From the NCBI GenBank assembly GCA_012295275.1, contig CM022668.1:3844001-3908000 (forward strand): 64,000 bases of DNA, given 5' to 3'. The notes below the pieces were generated by a model. That model searched no databases, was not told where the DNA came from, and worked only from the letters and a program-made list of their open reading frames with translations. This DNA is from Chrysomallon squamiferum. Lineage: Eukaryota > Animalia > Mollusca. The position numbers and the translations under genes were made by a program. Shown here one piece after another: positions 53,105-64,000 of this stretch (positions are counted from its first letter, which is position 1; each line of letters opens with the position of its first letter).

Positions 53105-56100
53105 GTAAATCTGAATGTATATGGTCGTCCGATACTGATAAACAGGATAACTTTTATTTTATTTTTTTAACATCTTAATTTATTATCTCATTTTCTCCTC
53201 ATCCACCTGTTGGAAATGTTCAAGGTACCTACAACAAGATTGGCCACATTCTTCTTGTTTAGTATTAGTGTTAAACTCGAAATATCTGCCAACACCTCTG
53301 ATTAACCGGGAAACTTTTGTTTTGGAATTTTTAAATGTTCTTTTTAGTGGGTTGTGGTGTGGAAAATGAGAAATCGGTCACGTTAAACAGACCAGCAAAT
53401 AAATTATACATAAAACTACAACATATGGGAAACTTAAAATGGCCGCCCGAGCGGAAAGATCCGTTCTGCAATTAACTAAACGAGCTCACAGATGCTAGGG
53501 AAACGGCTGTTTTGACGTATTTGATAAATTTTACATTTCAAGCCTTTCGGCTTCTATCGCCTATTCTACACTTGACGAAATGGCACTACTGTGTGTAGAG
53601 CTCATTATCATTAGTTGTTATCACAAATAAACAGATGGCCTTTCGCTTATTTCAAGTAGCCAGCGGTCTGGTCAGAATATTATGGTTTGAACTTTTGTTA
53701 TCAGTAACTCTCCCCCACCACTAGTAATAAAAATTAAGAAGAAAACTTAGTAGTTAGTTCTGTAATAAATATCTTCGTTGCAGATTTTCATCAATCAAAC
53801 ATGAAACTTAGTAATTAAATTAACTTTTGTTCAAATGCGAACTATTTTGGGCGATATTCCGTTAATAAAAGAAATGACGAGGTTTTTGGGACAGTTAATC
53901 TCTTTCATTTCCTGATTGTTTTGGGGGAATATCTAAATTTTTAAACAATTTGAGATAACATAATTAAAGAATTACATAATTTGTGATCTAAAACAGCCAT
54001 GAACCTGGCAGTAGGCTTATTAGTTAATCTACACATTTTGCTGTGTCAGTGTAAACAACGATTAATACAAAACTGCAAACTTTGATCTTCAATGTGATCA
54101 TCGGTAAAAGATTTATCTTGTCATTTCAGAATATTTTTTTTACTTACCGGTAGTTATGGTAACACAGAAAATATTATAAATGTATGTTAGTGTATGATGG
54201 CTGATGTTGAACGCGAACCCAGTAAAATGTGTCTTTAGGCGAACAATTGGACCTATTCAGATGGACGTCTTTGCGCGAGTCTGTTAGAGAACGCGTGTCA
54301 TGTACAGTTTGATGTTCACAACCGTGTGCCTATCATAATTATAAATGTGATTCGGACGTTTCACCTCTAAGGTCAAACATCCCATTTAAGTGTGAGAATC
54401 AGACGGTGTAGTTATATTTCAAATAAAAAATGCGTCAACCCTGACAACTGCTGGGAAAGAATGTTAAGAGCCACAATCATGAAAAGTTGTTAGTAATTTT
54501 AAAGACAGTATGGACTGCTTGTTAAATCTATTCCTGGCTGTCGATGTTTTCTAACAACTGTTCGTTGGGCATTTTGGAAATGCAGACTTTAAGTATAAAT
54601 GTATGTACGTACAGGTGCGTGTCGGAGCACGCTCTTATTTACATGCATTTACAAACACATTATCCATGCATAATTTTTTTTTTTAAATATCACTTGTAAT
54701 ATGTAGATTTATTAAAAAACGTAATTAATAGTATTATAATAATGAGTAGAGGATTTGCAGAACATGTAAGTAAAGTAATCATAATGATAAAAATGTACAG
54801 TATCCTGAAGAGAATCAGCCTTTTATTGTCACGTGAATGTTTCCGCAGTGACCCTAATTTGTGCACTTCAGCATGGGGCCTTTTCTATCCGTGTTAAAAT
54901 AACTGTACGTCAATTACGGCTGTGTGAACGTTGGCTATGTTGCTAAAAGCTTCCTGGCTGGCAATTATTAATAATATTAATGGTTTAATGGCATAAACTT
55001 TCGTCGTCTGCTCTGCTTGAATAAGCCGGGACGGCTGTCGGAAAGAACGACAGCGTTGTAGTTGACATTTAACGTAATTCAGAAATTATTTGTTATTATC
55101 ATTCACACGAACAAGTCTACTTACTGAAGTGGAGATGAAGTTGCCAGCGAGTTACAATTATTTTATTTTTTCTGCTGTGCTATAAATACCGTACACACTT
55201 CTTAACATACGAATGTGAAAGAATTCAGGGTTGGTAAAAGAGAAATTAAATTCAGTATTTCATTCTGCTTTGTTTTTATTTATTTTTTAAATATTTAAAA
55301 CCTTTTTCTTTTTTTTCTTTTTTGTGATAGCTCTTTATTCGGGGAATAAATTTGTTCTATCAACAGAATCTTTAGAAAAAGTTTGTAAAATATTTCCTTT
55401 TCGTTCAAACCTCGAATGACACAAGTTTTCTCCCGTACCTGAACAGAATTAATTTTAATAAAGATGATATTCACTGGTATGAATCACGGGTTAACGTCAA
55501 GGGTGAACTGCTCTTTCCGCTAGGTGATCGCTTTCGTCTGAAAACTTTTGAAAGCCTCAGGCGAGAAAAGGGCGGAAGTAAATGCTTAAAGTTGTTGACT
55601 TTTGTTCGCAAACATATTGACTCTGTTCATATTAAACATAATGGGCGGTAACTCGAGTACAGTGTATAAAGAATTTGTATTTGTGAAACACCAGTTTTAT
55701 TTAACGTTCATTACAGTATTAATATTCTGTTATAGAAAACATCTCAGTCATTAAATGAGATATGGTCGGATGGGGTTATGTATAAAATTCTGGAAACGAA
55801 ATAATCGATACTATATATGTGTACTATGTTTATTATGTTTTATTGTAATAAATTTGTCTACCATATAATCACCATTAGTAGTAGTAGTAGGAGGAGGAGG
55901 AGCACCACGTTAAGGCGTTTTGTTTTCTCTTCTTATATATATATAATTATTAAACAAAAATATAAGAAAAATATAAAAACAAAATTCTCTTTGGTTTGTA
56001 AAATATTGGATTCCAAATTTTATCTTGTAAATCAGTAAATGCTATCATTATTTTTGATAATCTTACAATTTATAATACTGATGTTAGATAAGTAGGTCAC

Positions 56101-56210
56101 CGATTTGTAATTACAAACTTTTCTTTTCTTTTCCAGGAATTAAAAAAGACAAATCGAACTGAGGATTTTACAGAAAGTAATTTGAAAGCTACATAACACA
56201 TTTACACAAA

Positions 56211-57128
56211 ATGGCGGAAGCGGAAGTGGCGCAACCTCCTTCAGTTACTGAGGACATTCCAAAAGAAGACACTAAGGTGGCAAACAATGTTTCGCCCACC
56301 ACGGAGACGTCTAAAACAGACGGAATGATGAACGGAGAGGAAGAAACAAAGGTGGAGGGAGAGAACAAAGAAAAGGCAGCAGAAAACGAAGTAGTGGAAA
56401 ATGGCGAAAAGGAAGAAAATAAAAAAGAAGAAACGACTGCAGAAATGGGGTCTCCTAAGGCCAAGAAAGACAAAAAACCTTCCAAAATAGCAAGTTTTTT
56501 GAGAAAGTTCAGTTGTACCAGCGGAGAGCCTGACGAAAATATTAACCCTGAGTCAAAACCTTTGGAAAAGAATAACCATAGCGATTCTAAACCGAAAGCT
56601 AATGGTAAGGAGAAGAAGAAAAAAGACAAGAAAAATAACGAAGAGGAGAAATCAGGTGATGCCACTGCAGAAGAGAATAAAGAAAAAGAAAACGTAGTGG
56701 CCAGTGAAGAAGTGAAGGTTGTCATCACTGAGGCAGAGGAAGTGAAAGTGAACGGGGAGGTTAACGAAGAGGAAGTTGCTAAGGAGACAAAAGAAGAGGT
56801 TAAAGAAAGCGCAGCCGCACCGGTTGTCAATGGAGATGCTTCTGATGAGAAAAGTGCGGAAAAAGGAGACAACGAGGAGACTGAGGTGAAGGTAATTGAG
56901 GAGGTGGTCACTGTGCCCAATGTAGAAGGACTTGTTTCTGAAAACAAGGGACAGCCTGAAGGGTCAGCCGTCGTAGAGGAGCCTGTCCTGGAGCACCATG
57001 AACCACCGTCTGAAGCACCTCCACCGGTTCCCGAGAAACCAGCAGAAACTGCGCCTGCTTCAGAGAAATCCACTTCTGAAAAGGCAGCTCCTACGGAAGA
57101 GAGCGTTCCTGCAGAGGAAAGCAAGTGA
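56211..57128 (+). CDS. Uncharacterised acidic Glu/Lys/Ala-rich intrinsically disordered protein, 305 aa, single coding exon
   Basis: Strong acceptor TTTTCTTTTCTTTTCCAG| at 56136, start context AAAATGGCG, a purine-rich GC-elevated ORF that is not a simple repeat, and TGA at 57126-57128. One basic-amphipathic motif, KAKKDKKPSKIASFLRKFSC. A candidate AATAAA near 62116 would imply a ~5 kb 3'UTR. Confidence 0.85.
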   Translation: MAEAEVAQPPSVTEDIPKEDTKVANNVSPTTETSKTDGMMNGEEETKVEGENKEKAAENEVVENGEKEENKKEETTAEMGSPKAKKDKKPSKIASFLRKFSCTSGEPDENINPESKPLEKNNHSDSKPKANGKEKKKKDKKNNEEEKSGDATAEENKEKENVVASEEVKVVITEAEEVKVNGEVNEEEVAKETKEEVKESAAAPVVNGDASDEKSAEKGDNEETEVKVIEEVVTVPNVEGLVSENKGQPEGSAVVEEPVLEHHEPPSEAPPPVPEKPAETAPASEKSTSEKAAPTEESVPAEESK

Positions 57129-57819
57129 AAACATGTTTATAATTAAGGTATGAAACCCTTTTTCTCAGTCACATCGCAAAGAAAGAAATAGGCTTCATCT
57201 GTAGATTGGGCTTTCTTTCTTTCTGTTTGTTTGTTTTATTTTGTTTACTAATTCTTTTATTGTTATTTTATTTAATCGACATTAATTCCTTTTTATAACT
57301 TTTTTTTTTTTCTTTTTTTTTTAGCATTTAATTAATTTTTTGTAACCTTTTCAACCATAGACATTTTTTTTTTTTTAGACTACTTATAAGATAATAAAAT
57401 AACGTTCGAAAGATTTTATAAAAATATTACTGTGGGTACCTGCTTTGCGCCTTCTGTTATTTTTGTTTTGTTTGGGGTTACCCTTTGGTAACTTTTTTCT
57501 CTCTGTCTGTGCTCTTCTGCTAAGTAGAGAAAAGATAAAATTACAGTTTAACTGGATTGTCAGTTTGACGTTAGCAGTCACCAAGCAAATGGAATTTAGA
57601 AAACAGGTTTGCTGTCTGAAGAAAGTGTCAGTTTCTAATTACCTGACAGTTTTGTCAGCGATACAACAAATAACGTGAAAACAGGTCGGTTAATAATAAA
57701 AAAATAGATCCTATTGGAAATATGTTTATTTGTTTGTGTATAGCAGGCGAAAATGCACTTGGGTATCTTTTGTTAGTAAATTAACGAAGACGCCGATGAT
57801 TATATTAGTGAAACTGTAA

Positions 57820-57838
57820 AATAATAATAATAATAATA

Positions 57839-57878
<40 letters not shown>
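57820..57878. repeat. Abutting (AAT)n/(ATT)n inverted microsatellite
   Basis: ATAATAATAA...TAAT is directly followed by TATTATTATT..., so the two arms are self-complementary. Confidence 0.85.
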
Positions 57879-57879
<1 letters not shown>

Positions 57880-60327
57880 GACCTCAGAAAAGATCTGATC
57901 GATTAGTATCAACCGCCATGTTTTGGGGTTTTTTTTATATCGGGAGTCGGTGAATACAATTTTTTTTTACTGGGAAAAATAAATGGTCGTCCGAGTAAAA
58001 TGTGTATTAAATAAATTTTAGAAACTGTTATCATTTGTTCTTATTTTTCTAACATTGCTGTGTAAATTTGCTCTGCAGAACGATTTTATTAATCTGTTTT
58101 TATCTAGGCTCATTAATAACTGATAATGCCTCTGTACTTTCAGGTCAGCATGGAGGCGAGGAGCGTTACGTGCTTGTAACATTGTGGGAGTTGAACGTTT
58201 TTGTGTTCATTTTGTGCTAGTAAACGAAGGGAGACAACTAATTGCGGTATCTGAATCAACATGTTTGATGTTGACGTAGATACACTACAGTACTTACATC
58301 GTCGTGTTTTATTTTTTTATTTTAGATCACAAAGTAAAAACTGCTGACTCTGGTGGAATGGAATCGTATTTGTACTGCCATTTTAAATTAAGAATCTGTA
58401 TTCAGTATATTTTCTAACAGTATTGTATTGGCCTCTTTTCATGTCGTTTTTTAACAAAGAAAAAATCATTTTTAATCCCAGAATGTTTATACATTTTTTA
58501 GCAAAATTTTTAATGCAAGAATGTACATTTTACACATCTTTTTACAAATACCAGCAATTTATTTTCCCAAGTGCCATCTGTTGGGCGATTTCATGTAAGA
58601 ATTAACATCATTTCCATTACGGTTAAGTAACTCAGTTGTCGCTTTATGGAGTCCAAGCACATTCCAACAAAGTCGCCGTAGGGACCAGTTAACTCGCTTC
58701 AATTAACAATCCATTTGTGCGCTGGACCATTCAATTATAATTTGTAAACAAATACTTTTGGCGCTTATTTGTTAACGTTTTGATGCTTTTTAATTTTGGG
58801 GATTTCACTGTAGCAGATGTTTCTGAAGTCAGTATACGTAACATTGGTGTAAAATTTGATAAAAATTAACGAAAATATTTTTTGTCATCTTTAGCCCATT
58901 ACTTTTATAATTTTTATTGTTTTCGATGTCCATCTGGTTCAGTTTGATGCTTTTATAGTAAGTTAATCGCTTGTTCATTTAATTTCAATTTTTTATTAAT
59001 GACTTTAGAGGACAAAAACATATTGTTCAAAAGTTATATCGGACCAAACGATGACATTCCCGAGTCTGTAAATTCCGATATATTTGCAGACTAAATTTTG
59101 ATGAATGCGTTTTAGGGAGAAACTGCCATTGCTAAATTTGTACATTTAGATAAAAACACGTGTTTCGACTGGTAAAAGAAATGAATGCAATGTATGGCTG
59201 AAATTTGCTCATAAAATTAATTTTTAATCCGCATAGACTAACTATAAATATTATCAAGATCCGTGTGCATTTATCGCATTTATTTTCACAAAATATTTTT
59301 TTATTATTATTATTTACAATCTACTAAGAAATGATATGCGCCAGTAACAGGTAGGCCTATAAGAAATGATTTTTAATGTATTTGTGAAATGATGTTTACA
59401 TTCTTAGAAAATGCTCAATGGTTTAGTCATTTTTAGAATATTTCAGATTTTTATTTCAACAGATCACGGAGAAATAAAACATTTGTAATTCATTATGTTT
59501 TTAGTCGAGGTCACAGTTTGATTATAATTTATTTTAAAACTATTATTAATATTATTATAATTATTTACTGCCTTTTTTCTTTCGATTGTTCATTGTAACA
59601 CCATCATTGCTCAAGTTTTATACATGGTTTATACAATAGCCGTGCTCAAGCTCGAACATCCTTATTAATATTATAGGTTAAAAGGTGAATCATATTTCTT
59701 GTAAAGCCAGAAGACTAGGCAGCCACATAAAGTACACTTCCATTTAACGAAATAAATCTTCAGTCTGTATTTTGGATCATTAAAAATCATCAATTTATTT
59801 TTCATTTTATTTTGTTATATGTGTGTGTTATGTAAACATACGAATAACATTCATGATGTTTATCAGTGCAGCAATATTAAGAAATGTAAGATTTTTTGGT
59901 TATGATATAAGACACTAAATTCTGATGAAGTGCTGCTTTAGTGAAAGGCTAACATGTTACCTAACTACTGATTAGCACATCGATATAACCTTGAGATGTG
60001 CACGAAATCAAAAACAGTTCGTCATTTCCGGTTGCAAGTATTGTCGTTATGGCTTTTGTTACGTAGTGCCATCAATAAATGTAGAACTTAAAAAATGCCA
60101 TGATCTGGCCTGTAGAATTATTATTATTATTATTATTATTAATCTGAAAGGTGAAATAACAAAAAAAAAAAAAAAACCCAACAAATTAAATATATAAATA
60201 AAAAGTAGTAATAATTTTAATGTGGATACAAAACTGTTTTTTTAACTTGACATGTAAGGGTTTGGCCTATTTCCTTTTCCTGTATTTTATTTTTTATTGT
60301 TACTACGCACTGACAAGTTTGTAAATG

Positions 60328-60359
<32 letters not shown>

Positions 60360-60472
60360 TAATATTTCAGTTTCTTGTGTTTTGGTTTGTAGCCGTCATT
60401 GCGGCTTGCCGTTAGTTTACTGTACATAGTATTTTATTATAGTATTTAAATTTTATAGTTGTATTCATTAGA

Positions 60473-60526
<54 letters not shown>

Positions 60527-60636
60527 GAATTACAGCTGAAACATTTGAAAACGTGTGCACAGGAAGAGATTTGTAAGATTGTCTTAACTGTATAAAGTTG
60601 GATGCGATGCGAGGACGTGTTGAGCAGTTTCAGTCT

Positions 60637-60681
<45 letters not shown>

Positions 60682-62741
60682 GCACTGGCAGGGAATGATA
60701 AGGGCGTTTGTACTTAAATAACATTTCATTTAGCGGTTGAAGGCTGGACGACGTGTTGGCCATCTCCTGCCAATGAAATGTATTTCAAGTATGACAGATT
60801 TTTCCACCACTGAAACAATTAGAGCGATGTATCCTTCAGCATCACGCCAACAATATTTTGTATTATTTCACTTTTGTATACATTGCTTTGCCTTCCATGT
60901 TGCCTGTTAATATACCGAAAACGACAATAGCCATTTTAAAGTTTATCATATTTTATAACATTCTTGAATATACGTGTTTACCACTATCCTTCGATGTTTG
61001 TACTATGATCTGAAAAAAATAAGTTTTAGATAGGTTTCTTTTTATGCTTCATATACCAAAAATGTCACAGGTGTGTTTTTAGCAGATTCATAATGTGAGT
61101 GCCGGTGCTTCATCATCAGTAATACAGTTGCATGGGGAATGTGCTTTGGTAACCTCGTCAGTTCACTTTTTTGGAAAACATATTTCGTAATAAATCCATG
61201 TTGTAACATTCGAAAAACCTCGGCATTTTACGTCAAAACGACGCAAAATGACGAGCAGTTTCGCAATCACTTGCCGCTGCTACTGCTGCTTGTCATCGTT
61301 CGACCTTTTGGGTGACCTTTCACTCATAAACGGTAACTGGTGCTTTTATTTAAACCCTTTTGTATCAATGTTTTATTTATCTTTTTTTCCTGTTCATTTT
61401 TATCCAACATTATTTTTTCATGGCGATGTCAGGATTCGTAAATTGAAAACAAACACATGAATGACGTCATTCCCACAAGTTTTGTAAATCAGAAAGATTG
61501 CGGTCTCTTCCCTTCATTATAGTTCGCTAAGAGAGACGGAAAAAATTCATTTGCTTCTCATCTAAAGTGACACAAACGTGGTAGTCTGTTCTGTGGCTTG
61601 TTGTATACGTGTTAATAACAATAAAATTTTCATTTAAAAACTAATTTAACTGTATTTTATTTTCTGTGTACCGACTTAAATGCGACTTGTGTATGAAACT
61701 AGTTTTAACATTATAGAAATTTCAAAACTCGAGCATTTTATAAATGAAATCGTTTGTTTTTAAAACGGAGAAGTAATATCGCGCTTCTTATTTTTTTTTA
61801 TTATCTATTTTTTTTTTTTTTTTAATTCTTTTTATATTTTTGTCATATTCACTAAATGAAAAATATGTTGTGATATGGAGGCGTAATATGGTTTCGAATG
61901 AAAGAAAAACACGTCGACTACATAAGTAAATCATAAGTCTCTTTTAGAAAGGACTGGTTCACTGTCGTTTATTAAGTTGGTACGTCATTGTACATTGGTC
62001 TCCCATTTTGATTCTCGCAACATTACTGCAAACATCTGTTTATCATGTTTTCATGTTTGTGTTGGTTTTTGCAGCTACACATTTTTACAATGTACTTTTA
62101 AGAATGCTTTTGTAAAATAAAATAATTTTAAAACTTACAGATGGTTTTGTTCGTGCTTCTTTTCTAAGGTGAATATTTTCGTGAAATAAAATATTTGAAA
62201 AAGTGTTAATGTCGATGAAGTAAAATGAACGTACGATGTATTTGCCGATGATTGTCGATCATATAAGATGGTAGAACACGCTATTCTAGTGCTGCAGTTA
62301 ACTGAAGATAGTTAATAGTGAAAAAACAAATTTACTTACGTGAATCGTTTAAAGGTGACATCACCGATTTTGATGAAGACGAAATTCTATCATTTCACGA
62401 GTAACGAGTAAGAAGTAGAAATATTAAGAAGAAAAACTTTGCCACTAAAACAAGTGATATATGTAGTCCTAAGCCAATCTACCAGTGTTTCGTTGATTCT
62501 ATTATGACGTCACAAAAAAGTTTTACTATCTTTGCAATAATAATAATAATAATAATAACAATAAAATAAAAATCGATATTATATATAAATATAGTAAGTG
62601 TTTCATATCAGTCACTAATAATAAATATTTGTGACACTCTCGCTGAATACGTTTTCAGTTTTTACAGGACATGAAAAAAAATTAATAATTATTTCATTGG
62701 AGAAAAGTGATCATTTGTTATATCTACAAAAATAATAATAA

Positions 62742-62772
<31 letters not shown>

Positions 62773-63844
62773 AAGAAGAAGAAGGAATAACAAAATAAAT
62801 ATCGCTTTCCTGAAGTACATAATTCTATAAAGATAATAAATGTTTGAAATTTATCATCTTTACTAAATATGTATTATTTATTACGATATTTCAGATAAAA
62901 ATGTCAGATGAAAGTAGCATCATTTTATTTTCATTACTATTTAAAACACTAAGACAGCTGAAAATAATTTTCATATTAAATTATAAAAACAAATATACGA
63001 TAAAATGAACTCTGGACGGTACAAATACATTTTAGGAAAATTCCAGTTATTACATTTTTCTGTAATATAATTAGTAGACGAATGTTAGTCTTGCACACAT
63101 TCCAAAATAAATTTAATCCTTGACGATTATTTTCAACCATGTCACTAAATCTGACAGTGCTGGTATGTCTAAACTCATATTTTTCTTTCTTTCTTTTTTT
63201 TTGTTTCCAGTGATTGTTTTTTCCAAAGTCTCGTCTGAGATGACTAAGTTGTTACAGGTAAACTTTAATACAATCACTCTAACCTGGAAAACATTTCCAA
63301 TAATCGTATTAATTTCTTGTTAATAAGCCATACATTGGAAATGTATAAAACATAAATATCATCTTCAGCAGTAATATTAATTAGTACAAAATATATTGTT
63401 ATAATAAAAAACAGAAACAAGAATAACGATGAGCAATCTAGCTCATGCGTATTAATACTTTGCATCGTGTTGTTAAGCTGAATCCAGTTTATTTCATCCT
63501 ATAATGGTTATTACAATTTAAATAAATGTATGTTTCAAAATTTGAAGTATATAATCATACATTATTATGTTGATAACATGCTTCAAGCGTATCAAATTCT
63601 GTCTGACTACCAGTGAAAAATTTTAATTAGGAAATTATTTCCAGTTCGTAGACAGGTGAAGATTATTTATCTGAAGTTTTCGAGAAACGCGACAGTGAGT
63701 TTTAGAGATGTCACAAAACATCAGCATCACAGGATCATCTACTGTGATAATTACTTTATTACAAGCTCAACAAGTTTATCATCAGTTTGAAGAGACGAAA
63801 TCTTCATTTATAGGCTAACTGAATTGCTATTAATTTACAAAAAC

Positions 63845-63917
<73 letters not shown>

Positions 63918-64000
63918 AATCGAATTCTGCATTCAGGTCAGGTTATTTCGGTATGGTGCAGTTAAATAACATTACCACGAATTATTATTATACACAGGAT

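Noticed and set aside
56189-57124. 311-aa minus-strand Ser/Phe-rich ORF
   Set aside because: It is the antisense shadow of the Glu/Lys-rich + strand CDS. The + strand has the acceptor and start context.
62340-62660. Possible MITE remnant downstream of the putative polyA site
   Set aside because: It resembles interspersed-repeat sequence, but no second copy, TIR pair or TSD could be shown within the window.

Overview
AT-rich, microsatellite-rich, intron-containing animal DNA. It looks invertebrate and probably lophotrochozoan/mollusc-like, but that is an inference from composition and gene style only. From left to right: (1) a decayed minus-strand reading frame with Myb/SANT-like and PHD-finger remnants, probably transposon-derived (~0.5-3.5 kb); (2) FKRP with a single coding exon on + (5577-7154); (3) DNAI1 (axonemal dynein intermediate chain 1) on -, reconstructed by hand as 21 phase-consistent GT-AG exons (23290->9682, 737 aa); (4) a five-exon FAM219-family gene on + (23531-25743, 162 aa), head-to-head with DNAI1 with only 240 bp between start codons, the same pairing as human 9p13.3; (5) a CpG-retaining ~32 kb region holding repeats, MITE-like fragments and one acidic, disordered 305-aa ORF (56211-57128) with putative distant 5' exons. 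The most unusual feature is a ~44-bp minisatellite in DNAI1 intron 19. It is built from the exon 3' end plus its 5' splice site, so 20 extra donor-like sites lie behind an in-frame stop. Weaker donor-seeded duplications occur in two other introns. No prokaryotic-type systems (CRISPR, operons) are present. All exon calls and family assignments come from manual reading and recalled motifs, not database searches.
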